Shown: positions 39,146-48,561, counted from the stretch's first letter. The stretch is 64,000 nucleotides of DNA from an uncultured Bdellovibrionales bacterium (GCA_964609855.1 CAZSTB010000004.1:3740-67739); one strand, 5' to 3'. The notes: generated by a model not told the origin, from the sequence alone. Numbers and translations: made by a program.

Positions 39146-39580
39146 TCTCCTTTTTTGTTGACAACATTGTAGGTGAATTACATAAATGTCTGCAACCGAC
39201 CAACCTCCTTTTTTAAATTATTAAAAAACTATATTGATAGATACGACATTTGAATAATACCATTTCAATTGATATTAGTCTATCTATTTATCTTTATATA
39301 TTCAGTCCTGCCAAACTTGAAATAAAAGGTAGCTTTTACGGTACTAAGTTAGACAAAAATCAAAATTATTAGCAAGAAAAATCAATCATGCCAAAAAGCA
39401 AACAGAGAAAAATTAAAATACCCAAAAGTCTGATTCTTCAATTTGGCGCTTTTTTCGCCTTTTTCTTTTTCAATTCCCTACTTGTACATCTTCGAGGCGT
39501 GCTTATCTCATTGATATTTCTTTTTGGATATTATTCTTGCATCGGCATTCAGAAAGCGCTGATGAAATTATAGAGGCAGG

Positions 39581-39650
39581 ATTTAGGATGTGGGAATTAG
39601 GCATTAAGAATTAGGAACTAGGACTTAGGAGTTAGGAATTAGGAATTAAT
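39581..39650 (+). repeat. Tandem heptamer (TTAGGAA-like) tract
   Basis: ttaggaa/ctaggac/ttaggag/ttaggaa units, about 9 degenerate copies. Confidence 0.75.
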
Positions 39651-39742
39651 AATCAATTATTTATTTTCCTCGCTCATGTCATGCTCATGTCGGGTTCATC
39701 TGCCGATAGGCAGTAATATTTTAGAGAAATCTTAAATAAAAA

Positions 39743-39853
39743 CCTGGATCCCCAGCCCGTCTCGAATCGGCGAATGAATGAGAGCCGAGGCGGATCAAGC
39801 TGAGGATGACATATACGAATTGTCATTCCCGACTCGATCGGGAATCCAGGCCC
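39743..39853. repeat. REP pair with nested 39-bp insertion
   Basis: Exact reverse complement of 37308-37337 interrupted at 39756-39794, followed by TGTCATTCCC-N9-GGGAATCCAGG. Confidence 0.85.
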
Positions 39854-39939
39854 GTATTTTAATAATATTAACTCAGTCAATTTATTAAAATAAAAATACA
39901 CCAGCAATGTGCTGGTGTATTTTAAATAAGCCAAGTATC

Positions 39940-41349
39940 TTACTTCAAGTTTTTCGCAAAAAATACTGGGAGCCCAGAAATCTTAATTCTTTCCTGCTTC
40001 ATCGTGTCGCGGTCGCGAACAGTCACAGTTTCATCTTCCAAAGAATCGAAGTCGACAGTTATGCAATAAGGAGTTCCGATTTCATCTTGGCGGCGATATC
40101 TTTTTCCCACATTTCCATTGTCATCAAACTCGCACATGAAATCCATTTTCAAAGTGTTGAAAATTTCCTTTGCCTTTGCCACCAATTCAGGTTTGTTTTT
40201 CATGAGCGGGAAAACAGCAACCTTGATCGGTGCGAGTCTTTTGTCCAATTTAAGAACTGTTCTCGTGTCGCCATCGTTGTCCTCAATAGTGTAAGCCTTA
40301 TCAATAAACATCAAAAACAAACGAGCTAGTCCGACTGAAGTTTCCATAATATGAGGAATAAACTTCTCACCAGTTTTTTCATCGAAATAGGTAAGGTCAA
40401 CTCCGGAAAACTTACTGTGTTGTGAAAGATCCCAATCGCCGCGAGCATGAATTCCTTCAACCTCCTTGAATCCTCCCAGTGACTTGAAATTATATTCCAC
40501 ATCATAAGCCTCGGATGCATAGTGAGCTAATTTTTCATGTTCATACCATCTGATATCTTCAGGAGCCATTCCGTATTCAAGATACCAATTCCAGCGCACT
40601 TGTTTCCAGTCATCATATTTATCTTTCATAATGCTTGGATGCAGGAAGTATTGCATTTCCATTTGTTCAAACTCGCGTGTGCGGAAAATGAATTGGCGAG
40701 CCACGATTTCATTACGGAAAGCTTTTCCAACCTGAGCAATACCAAACGGAAGTTTCACGCGCGTAGAATCAATCGTGTTTTTATATTCAAGATAAATACC
40801 ACCGCAAGTTTCCGGACGAAGGTAAACCACATTTTCTTCACTAAGCGCATCGGTTGGAGAGCCAAGATTTGATTTCACCATCAAGGAAAATCTTTTTGCT
40901 GGAGTCACATCAGTCGATCCACAATTTTGACACTTGAGTTTTCCCGCCTCGCGTAGCTTATCAAGCTCAGCATTAATATGTTCCAAGGGAGCCTTATCTA
41001 CACCTTGCACGCCATGAGCTTCCAAAACGTGATCAGCACGCATGCGAGCATTGCATTTTCTGCAATCAATCTGCGGGTCGTCAAAACTATCGATGTGCCC
41101 GGAAGCTTTCCAAGTCGTTGGATGCATAAAAATCGCACTGTCGAGTCCGACAATGTCTTCCCTATATTGCACCATGTGCTTCCACCAAGCATCACGAATA
41201 TTATTCTTTAAAAGTGCTCCGTAATGACCATAGTCATAGATAGCAGCAAAACCTCCATAAATTTCAGAGGATGGAAAAACAAAACCCCTTCTCTTACAAA
41301 GAGAAACGATATCTTCGATTGTTGTTGAAACTTTTTTTTCTTCGCTCAT
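39940..41349 (-). CDS. glyQS: Glycyl-tRNA synthetase, alpha2 type
   Basis: KRRGFVFPSSEIYGG, YLRPET, GKAFRNEI, FRTREFEQME, RRQDEIGTP. Confidence 0.97.
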   Translation of the reverse strand: MSEEKKVSTTIEDIVSLCKRRGFVFPSSEIYGGFAAIYDYGHYGALLKNNIRDAWWKHMVQYREDIVGLDSAIFMHPTTWKASGHIDSFDDPQIDCRKCNARMRADHVLEAHGVQGVDKAPLEHINAELDKLREAGKLKCQNCGSTDVTPAKRFSLMVKSNLGSPTDALSEENVVYLRPETCGGIYLEYKNTIDSTRVKLPFGIAQVGKAFRNEIVARQFIFRTREFEQMEMQYFLHPSIMKDKYDDWKQVRWNWYLEYGMAPEDIRWYEHEKLAHYASEAYDVEYNFKSLGGFKEVEGIHARGDWDLSQHSKFSGVDLTYFDEKTGEKFIPHIMETSVGLARLFLMFIDKAYTIEDNDGDTRTVLKLDKRLAPIKVAVFPLMKNKPELVAKAKEIFNTLKMDFMCEFDDNGNVGKRYRRQDEIGTPYCITVDFDSLEDETVTVRDRDTMKQERIKISGLPVFFAKNLK

Positions 41350-41475
41350 ATAATTTTGTCATTCCGACCGCAGTGGAGCCTGCCTGCCGGTAGGCAGGGA
41401 ATCTAAGCCATTAACCCAGATCTCTCGATTCCGCTTCGCTTCACTCGAGATGACATTAAAAATAATAATTAAAAA

Positions 41476-41638
41476 CAAAAAAACTCGTCCTGTGCATACC
41501 AAAATGATTGATATGTACGGGACGAGTTATTCTCGCGGTTCCACCCGACTTCCCCCGCCGAGGCGGAGACAACTTTTCTAGTCAGTTAGATTTGCTTTAT
41601 ACAAGCGAAAAGGTGCCACCCTCCTCATCTCACTCACT
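41476..41638 (-). ncRNA. Compact T-box riboswitch (Gly) leader
   Basis: Antiterminator GGG-UGGAACC-GCGAG..CUCGU-CCC (T-box at 41546-41534), overlapping terminator CTCGTCC...GGACGAG-T7, candidate GGC specifier at 41617-41615. Confidence 0.8.
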
Positions 41639-41644
41639 TCATCT

Positions 41645-41673
41645 ATTATACTCCCTTTAAGGCTAAATGTCAA
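41645..41673 (-). promoter_or_regulatory. Consensus sigma70 promoter for T-box/glyQS
   Basis: TTGACA-17bp-TATAAT, exact consensus. Confidence 0.85.
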
Positions 41674-41680
41674 CTGTCTC

Positions 41681-41709
41681 TTGACAAATTAACCTAATGA
41701 TACTACAAT
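41681..41709 (+). promoter_or_regulatory. Divergent sigma70 promoter for the DEAD-box helicase
   Basis: TTGACA-17bp-TACAAT. Confidence 0.75.
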
Positions 41710-42036
41710 TGACTTTTATGTTAATACTTTCGGTGTAGTTGGTGCCCTCGTGCGCAAGATTGCCTTCATTGTATCTAAACATAAAACAGATGGATAAACT
41801 ACCATTTGTGTTGCAGTCGCTTAAGGCTCAACAAATTTAATTTTTTTATTTTCAAGCGGAGCGAGCGAATTGAAAGTGGGTTTTCAATGTAAACTATAGA
41901 AATTTACTTATTTCTATAGTGAATGAGGAAGATCTTTCAATTCTGAGCGAGCGCAGAAAATATGCTAATATGTTTAGATACTCAAGAAAAAATCGCTATT
42001 ACAGCGAGCTTTTCTTGTGGGTCTTGTACTACATAA

Positions 42037-43260
42037 ATGCCAAGCAAAAACTTTAAACCAGGTAGCGCGCGTCCGAAGCGCTCCAGAGCACCTTTCCAAG
42101 GTGGTCAGAAAAACCCCTTTAATAACGGAGGAGGTGGACGCAAAAAACGTTTCACGGGAAATTTTATTGATGTCAGCCGTTTCATTAACAAAGCAGTTCC
42201 TCAAGAAACACAACCGAAATACGTTCCGGACACCGTTTTCGCTGATTTCAATATCAACGAAGCAATTAAAAAAACTATCGCTGCTCGCGGATTCGAACAT
42301 CCTACCCCAATTCAAGATAAAACCATAAACCACATTCTCGAAGGGAAAGATTTGATCGGACTAGCTAACACCGGAACTGGAAAAACTGGAGCATTCTTGA
42401 TTCCAATGCTTAACAAGATCATGAAAAACCCAAGTGAGAAATTGCTTGTGGTTGTGCCGACCCGCGAATTAGCCATTCAGATTCAGGAAGAATTCAGAGC
42501 TTTCGCACAAGGTCTTCGTATCGGATCTGTAGTCGTAGTAGGTGGAGCAAACATCCGCACACAGATAGATTGTCTACGCAGTAAGTACAATGTTGTTATC
42601 GGAACCCCAGGAAGACTTAAGGATCTGATCCAAAGAAAAAATCTTAACCTTGGAAGTTTCGCAAACGTTGTTCTGGATGAAGCTGACCGCATGTTGGACA
42701 TGGGATTCATGCCTGATGTAAAATATCTTCTTTCATTGGTTGCCGAGAAAAGACAAACGTTGTTCTTCTCAGCTACCCTTGCCCCTGAAATTGAAAATTT
42801 GATTAAAGACTTTTTAGTTGACCCGATCAGAGTTTCTATCAAAACCAGAGAAACCAGTTCAAACATAGATCAAGATGTCATTCGCATGAAGCCAGGTGAA
42901 GACAAAATTGAAGTTTTAGAAGAATTGCTCAGAAAAGCGCACTTCTCAAAAGTATTGATTTTCTCTCGCACTAAACATGGCGCAGAAAAACTTGCAAACA
43001 TCTTGCACAGAAACGGATTCAAAGCTGAATCTATTCATGGTGACAAGTCGCACGCAAAACGTCAGAAAGCTTTGAAACTTTTCAAAGAAAACTATATCGA
43101 TATCTTGGTTGCCACCGATGTTGCTGCTCGCGGATTGGACATCCCTGATGTTTCTCACGTTATCAACTTCGATGTGCCTGCAACTTACGATGACTATGTC
43201 CACAGAATCGGAAGAACTGGACGCGCTGGTAAAACTGGAACAGCTTTGACTTTCATTTAA
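42037..43260 (+). CDS. DEAD-box RNA helicase (RhlE-like)
   Basis: Q motif (PTPIQ), ANTGTGKT, PTRELA, TPGR, DEAD, SAT, ARGLD, HRIGRTGR. Confidence 0.97.
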   Translation: MPSKNFKPGSARPKRSRAPFQGGQKNPFNNGGGGRKKRFTGNFIDVSRFINKAVPQETQPKYVPDTVFADFNINEAIKKTIAARGFEHPTPIQDKTINHILEGKDLIGLANTGTGKTGAFLIPMLNKIMKNPSEKLLVVVPTRELAIQIQEEFRAFAQGLRIGSVVVVGGANIRTQIDCLRSKYNVVIGTPGRLKDLIQRKNLNLGSFANVVLDEADRMLDMGFMPDVKYLLSLVAEKRQTLFFSATLAPEIENLIKDFLVDPIRVSIKTRETSSNIDQDVIRMKPGEDKIEVLEELLRKAHFSKVLIFSRTKHGAEKLANILHRNGFKAESIHGDKSHAKRQKALKLFKENYIDILVATDVAARGLDIPDVSHVINFDVPATYDDYVHRIGRTGRAGKTGTALTFI

Positions 43261-43286
43261 TCTCAGCTTCCACAAATATAGCCAAG

Positions 43287-43321
43287 AAAAAAGCAACGCC
43301 TTTTACGGTGTTGCTTTTTTT
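43287..43321 (+). terminator. Intrinsic terminator after the helicase
   Basis: AAAAAAGCAACGCC-loop-GGTGTTGCTTTTTT. Confidence 0.75.
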
Positions 43322-43335
43322 GTTGCTTTAAATTT

Positions 43336-43558
43336 AAAATAAAAGGTATTAACCCCGGGGCAAGCCCCGAACCCCTTGGGTTTCCGCGGCCCGTCTCGCC
43401 CTAGGCTTGCCGAGGTGGACCTGTCTCGTTTGGCACTCGCCAAGGCGGGCAAGCCGCGAGGTACCTGCCTGCCGGCAGGCAGGTTAAACCTATTTGATGT
43501 CATCACTCGCTCGGAAACGAAAATTCATTTTCATTTCGCTCGACTTCGTTCGACAATA
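43336..43558. repeat. Composite palindromic element, copy 1 (direct repeat of 50243-50402)
   Basis: Shares a ~90-bp block (AAAATAAAAGGTAT..GCAAGCCCCGAACC..GGGTTTCCGCGGCCCGTCTCGCCC..GGCTTGCCGAGGTGGACC) and a ~40-bp block (AAAATTCATTTTC.TTTCGCTCGACTTCGTT) with copy 2. Confidence 0.9.
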
Positions 43559-43670
43559 ATCTCCTATTAAAATTCAAATTAGTTTGAAAAGAAATTCTTT
43601 TATTGCTCGCTACGAATATTATCCTGCATCCCATGTACTACAGCATGTAGAAAGGAGGTGAATAAAACAT

Positions 43671-43889
43671 ATGGCAAATCAAAATAGAGGGTTGGCTAGC
43701 GCAGATGAAAAAACTAGACGTGAAGTTGCTAGAAAAGGCGGTCAGGCCGTAAGTCAAGACAGACAACATATGTCTGAAATTGGTAGAAAAGGTGGTCAGA
43801 CCGTAAGTCAGGACAAAAGGCATATGTCTGAAATTGGAAAGAAAGGTGGCGAAGCCTCACACTCTGGAGGTCGCCCATCGAATAGATAA
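43671..43889 (+). CDS. KGG-repeat stress protein (GsiB/YciG/Em-like)
   Basis: RGLAS...ARKGG, then two SQD..HMSEIG.KGG repeats; AAGGAGGTG RBS. Confidence 0.9.
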   Translation: MANQNRGLASADEKTRREVARKGGQAVSQDRQHMSEIGRKGGQTVSQDKRHMSEIGKKGGEASHSGGRPSNR

Positions 43890-43994
43890 TTGAAAAAAAA
43901 TAGGAATTTACTTTAAAGCAGATCCGTTTGTGACCTAAATAAGGGGCTAATAGCCCCTTATTTACCTTATTTATTAGTTTATTTTGTTTTTATA

Positions 43995-44368
43995 TTATCT
44001 GGTTCCTAAAGGAGTTCCGTGACCGCGTCCATGGGTGCTTGAAGAAGATGAAGACATTCCCTCCCAAATTGATACGGCAATTATGACAATACCTAGAATA
44101 ATACTGTTCCATAAAATTCCAGTTGTCATGCCGGTCACGAAGAGTGGAGTCAACAACAGCCAAACTCCAAGAATTCCAGCCACCCAGCTTGTCCACGTAG
44201 CAGCTTTAGTTGAAAACCAGCCCACAAGACCAACTATGGCTACAATAAGACCTACTATGAATTCGTTACTTGAAAATCCCAAATTCATAAAATAAGCGAA
44301 GAACATTAGCCAGAAACCTGCAATCGTATTGATGCCGCTAGCTGTTTTTACACTTTGTTCGTTCATAT
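43995..44368 (-). CDS. SPW-repeat membrane protein
   Basis: G.WL...P pattern, WNSIILG; AGGAGGTG RBS before ATG. Confidence 0.7.
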
Positions 44369-44474
44369 GTCTCACCTCCTCTCATAATTTTATCCAAAAC
44401 TGCCATCTTGGTTAAAATTAAATTATTAACACATCTACTCATAACTTCTAATACAATTTGTAGCTGTGAAAATT

Positions 44475-44966
44475 CTAAGAAAGAAAACGTTTGATACGGC
44501 TAAGAAAGAAATCTTGAAATAATTGCACATATACAAAAGCAACGATTGCAGCGATAAACAAGCTGCCAAAAATGTCCAAATAATGATGCACCCCAGCAAA
44601 GACGCGCGAGATTCCAACAATTGATGCCAGCAATAAAAGAATCATGCCAAGTTTTTTATTAAAATAATAAATAAGCATGGCCACTGCACTGGCAAGCAAG
44701 GTATGATCCGATGGAAAACCGTTGTCCGCAACATGAAAAATAAGCGGAGTAAAATCTCCTACCACGAAAGGTCTGGGATTATAAAAAAACTGCGAAAAAA
44801 TACGCGCCAATACAAAAGTAAGCGGCATGGTTATCGTGCCAAAAATCAGCATTTGCCTGCGAACAGCTTTTTTTTGTTTAAAAAGATACCATATTGCAAA
44901 TGCAATACTGATAAAAACCAGATATTTTGCGCCAAATATGATTACCAAATCTAAAGTAGTTTTCAT
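44475..44966 (-). CDS. PAP2-family phosphatase (BcrC-like)
   Basis: PRPF, GFPSDH, SRVFAGVHH..D. Confidence 0.9.
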   Translation of the reverse strand: MKTTLDLVIIFGAKYLVFISIAFAIWYLFKQKKAVRRQMLIFGTITMPLTFVLARIFSQFFYNPRPFVVGDFTPLIFHVADNGFPSDHTLLASAVAMLIYYFNKKLGMILLLLASIVGISRVFAGVHHYLDIFGSLFIAAIVAFVYVQLFQDFFLSRIKRFLS

Positions 44967-45064
44967 CTAATTTTTCTTAAGAAATCTTGTTGAAATGATA
45001 ACATACACGGCACATAAAAAAAAGCAGCACCGAGGTACTGCTTTTAAACTCCGCAAAGTGTGGT

Positions 45065-45349
45065 CTACTGATTAAGTGGCTTTTGTCTAAGCTCACTAAT
45101 AAGACAGATGTTTTTGAATACCATAGTTTTTCCATCTTGCCCCTCCTTAACGTTTTCCGTAATTCCGAAAGAATAAGTTTTACCCTCCTCAACTCCAAGT
45201 TTTTTAAAATCAGCTTGCGCTCTGCTCTCTTGACCGTCTTTTTTCATTTGAAAGAAAGAATAAAAACCGCCATTCGCCTTTATTGATGTCCGATTATTGT
45301 CAGTTTTAATTTCTTCCACTGTCATTTCCAAGAATTTGATATCACTCAT
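45065..45349 (-). CDS. Small hypothetical protein (possibly OB-fold)
   Basis: 94-aa beta-rich ORF with its own terminator at ~45020-45046. Confidence 0.55.
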   Translation of the reverse strand: MSDIKFLEMTVEEIKTDNNRTSIKANGGFYSFFQMKKDGQESRAQADFKKLGVEEGKTYSFGITENVKEGQDGKTMVFKNICLISELRQKPLNQ

Positions 45350-45535
45350 TTTTTCTTCTTTAAATTAATTAATTTTCGCAAAATGTTGCCATAAATTTTG
45401 CTATTGGTATATTCTAGCACATTTTTTTTTAATTGCACAAAAAAAGACCACCGGCTTAGCCAAGTGGTCATCTATTTCAAGAAACAGAACATTTTACAAC
45501 CCTCCATTATTTTTCTCATTGCAGTTCCCCCATGC

Positions 45536-46876
45536 TTAGTTGCGCCATTCTTTGCCATACGATACCGTAGTACCGCAGCTTATTCCGCTTCCGATATCAT
45601 TGCCTCCCACATTTACTCTGTAACGAGCATTCAAACCCGCCTGGTTCAATCGGTCAACGAAGCGAAGTGCTTCGCTCTCATTACAGTCTCGAGGAAAATC
45701 CGGCAAGCAACCACGCGTTGCCAACATAATTTTCTGATCAATCATGTGCCAATCCTTGCAAAATTCAACAATCGCTTTTATATCTTTCTTACCATCATTT
45801 AAATCTTTTTTCAACATCCAGTTTAATGTCCAAGGGTTTGGAGACAGTATCTCCCTCGTTTCAAATAAACATTGGCTTTTCGTCATAGGTAATAGCCATG
45901 GGCGTATTACCTGATCAAATGAATGGACTGACAGATTTATTTTCACCGGCCTTCCTTCGAGACGCGGCAAAAACTTTTTCAAAACTGCATTATTTCCTAT
46001 CGTGGGAATTACGTGCTTAATATTCAGAAAAGCAGTTTGAGCAACTCCGTCAATCCGTTCCACGAACTTGCAGCTATTTTCCGGATTAAAAATAAAATCT
46101 CCTCCCACTGTTTGCAGAACCTTTATTTCCTGATCCATATAAGAAAGACTTTCAAGCGCCAAAGATGATTTGAGACCAGCTAAAAATTGTGCGCCCATCT
46201 CTGAATCAGTAAGCCTGATCGCTTTCCTATTTTTTCCGGTTCTACACATTCTGCACTCTCCAAAGCAACCAACCATATTTGAGATACAAATATTGATGAC
46301 TCTACGCGACTTCCCGGGCGGATAATAAACAATGGAGCGAACGCATGATGTCTTTCTTGCTCGCATAAGACGATAATCAATTTCCTCAAGTGATGTAGTC
46401 TGATAATCAAATTGCTTTCTAGCAATTTCAAGTAGCAGTTTTTGACTGAGGGGCGACAATTGATTTTCAATTTCTTCAATAATGTCGTTTCTAGTACTCT
46501 TCTGCTTTTTCAATAACCAAAGATCCAACACCGGCCTCGTCATTAAGCGCTCGGAATCCTGCTTTTCAATGCAGCGAAATCTGCCGTTCAGACTACGGTG
46601 CCAGCCCCCAATATCATTGGTCATTAGGCATAGGCAAGGTTCTCCATATTTTTCGGCAATTATTTCGAGTAATTCCACACCACGCTCATCGCGTTCCAGG
46701 TAATCATCAGCCAAAATGATATCGATTTTCCATTGCTTTAGCATCCGTAGCGCTTGCTTGGAATTTTTTGATACAAAAACCAGACAAGTCTTCTGGAACC
46801 ATAAAATAAGCTTGGATGAATGCTCCTCTTTCGTTACAATTAAGATTTTAGGTTTTTGATTGAATTCATCTCGCAT
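45536..46876 (-). CDS. Receiver domain fused to RlmN/Cfr-like radical SAM domain
   Basis: N-terminal REC (IILADD, LMT, IEK); CISNMVGCFGECRMCRTG, LSVH, LND, DI..GISCG. Start ATG 46876 with AAGGGAG RBS. Confidence 0.75.
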   Translation of the reverse strand: MRDEFNQKPKILIVTKEEHSSKLILWFQKTCLVFVSKNSKQALRMLKQWKIDIILADDYLERDERGVELLEIIAEKYGEPCLCLMTNDIGGWHRSLNGRFRCIEKQDSERLMTRPVLDLWLLKKQKSTRNDIIEEIENQLSPLSQKLLLEIARKQFDYQTTSLEEIDYRLMRARKTSCVRSIVYYPPGKSRRVINICISNMVGCFGECRMCRTGKNRKAIRLTDSEMGAQFLAGLKSSLALESLSYMDQEIKVLQTVGGDFIFNPENSCKFVERIDGVAQTAFLNIKHVIPTIGNNAVLKKFLPRLEGRPVKINLSVHSFDQVIRPWLLPMTKSQCLFETREILSPNPWTLNWMLKKDLNDGKKDIKAIVEFCKDWHMIDQKIMLATRGCLPDFPRDCNESEALRFVDRLNQAGLNARYRVNVGGNDIGSGISCGTTVSYGKEWRN

Positions 46877-47007
46877 TTTTATCTCCCTTGTTATGTATTT
46901 TTTCAAACAAAGTATGAACCAAAAACGGAGTTGAAATTTAGTTATTAAGGAACTGTCTCAATAGGAACCAGCTATAATATCATCATTCATTGTTATTGTC
47001 AATACCC

Positions 47008-48561
47008 TTATTTAGCATTCTTCGGAAGATACACGGAAAACATTGAACCTTCGCTGGGTGTACTCTCTACCTTAATTTCTCCACCATGACTATCCACAAC
47101 CCATCTACAGATTGACAGCCCCAAGCCACTGCCGCCTTCACTGCGAGACCTGGATTTGTCGGCGCGATAGAAGCGTTCAAACACATGCGGAAGATGTTCA
47201 GTCTCAATGCCAATTCCCCCATCTTTAACGCTGAAGGCAACTTCACTTCCCAGATCTTCTGTTTCAACATTTATCCAGCCACCAATCTTATTGTATCTTA
47301 TGGCGTTTTTTATTAAATTAAAAATCAGCTTTTCCAGCTTTTGTTCATCCGCCATCATTACAAGCTCAGTCTCCCCCGCGAATGAGATTTTAACTTTTTT
47401 TTCTTGAGCGATTATACTTAAAGCCTTGCAAGCGTTACGAATTTTCTCATTCAAATCAATCTGACGATATTCTAAATGCTGCTTGAGCGAATCTGAATTA
47501 GCCAGCAAGGAAAGATCTGTCATCATGATAGATATTCTGCTTATTTCTTCCAATATCTGATGATAGGCTTCATTATTTTCTTTCTTGATTCCACTATCGA
47601 TTTCCAACTGCCTGACAGAAAGCTCCAAATTGCACTGGATAATAGCCATTGCGGTTCTGAGCTCATGAGAAACATCCGCCATAAAAGTTGATTTGAGATT
47701 CAAAACCTTATTCAATTCAGCATTCGTGCGATCTAATTCAAGGGTCCTTTGCTCAACTTTTTTCTCCAAATTATCGTTTAATTTCTGAAGCTTGTTTTTT
47801 GAAACAATGAGTTCCGTATTATCCACGGCCATAGAAAGTGCGCCTTCAATTTCTCCCTTTTCATCGCGCAGCGGTACAGCGATTATTTTAAGATATTTTT
47901 CCCCTAGCGCGTTTTTTTCAAAGCATTTATCTTTTATTATCTCCTTCCCATCTGTAAGAAGTTTTTTGTAGTCTTCAACAAGATTTTCTCGAATAAAAAA
48001 TTCACTAGAAAATATATTTTTCTTTCGAAAATCTTTAGTACTAGATAAGCTATGGAAATATTTGTTAGCTGAAGTCATGAAACCATCTTTATCTATGGTT
48101 ATCATGCTAATCGGCGCATTATCTAAAATTTTATGATGAAGCTGGCTCATGCGCTTATTTTCCTCAGAAATTTCACCCTTAGCAGCTCCAGCAGCTCGAG
48201 TCTTTTTACGGTTCAGCAGATTATCTATTCGCCTACTCAATTCTTCCAGAGAAAAGGGCTTGAGCATGTAATCATTAGCGCCAGCTTTCATTCCAATCAT
48301 CCGATCCTTAGCTGTATCGCGCGCCGTAAGCATGATAATCGGAGTTTTAATCTTTAAGCTACGTAATTGCTTGCAGATTTCTATGCCATCCATCTTGGGT
48401 AGCATCAGATCAAGGATTATCAGATCGTAACCCCCCTTTTTACTCATTTCAAAACCTCTCTTGCCGTCAAAAGCCAAATCTACTTCAAACTTTTCCATTT
48501 CAAGGCCTTTTTTGAGTAAATTTGCAATCTTAAGCTCGTCTTCAATTATCAATATTTTCAT
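47008..48561 (-). CDS. Hybrid kinase REC-PAS-HisKA-HATPase (soluble)
   Basis: IIEDE..ILDLMLP..KPF; PAS-like segment; VSHELRT, NAIRY, DGGIGI, GSGLGL. Confidence 0.92.
   Translation of the reverse strand: MKILIIEDELKIANLLKKGLEMEKFEVDLAFDGKRGFEMSKKGGYDLIILDLMLPKMDGIEICKQLRSLKIKTPIIMLTARDTAKDRMIGMKAGANDYMLKPFSLEELSRRIDNLLNRKKTRAAGAAKGEISEENKRMSQLHHKILDNAPISMITIDKDGFMTSANKYFHSLSSTKDFRKKNIFSSEFFIRENLVEDYKKLLTDGKEIIKDKCFEKNALGEKYLKIIAVPLRDEKGEIEGALSMAVDNTELIVSKNKLQKLNDNLEKKVEQRTLELDRTNAELNKVLNLKSTFMADVSHELRTAMAIIQCNLELSVRQLEIDSGIKKENNEAYHQILEEISRISIMMTDLSLLANSDSLKQHLEYRQIDLNEKIRNACKALSIIAQEKKVKISFAGETELVMMADEQKLEKLIFNLIKNAIRYNKIGGWINVETEDLGSEVAFSVKDGGIGIETEHLPHVFERFYRADKSRSRSEGGSGLGLSICRWVVDSHGGEIKVESTPSEGSMFSVYLPKNAK

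Noticed and set aside
39388-39934. Small ORFs 39388-39573 and 39674-39934
   Set aside because: The first is a short hydrophobic ORF without support; the second is read through REP repeats.
43303-43570. ORFs 43303-43506 and 43376-43570, and the similar 50069-50407
   Set aside because: Translations of the composite palindromic repeat; their shared peptide reflects the DNA repeat.
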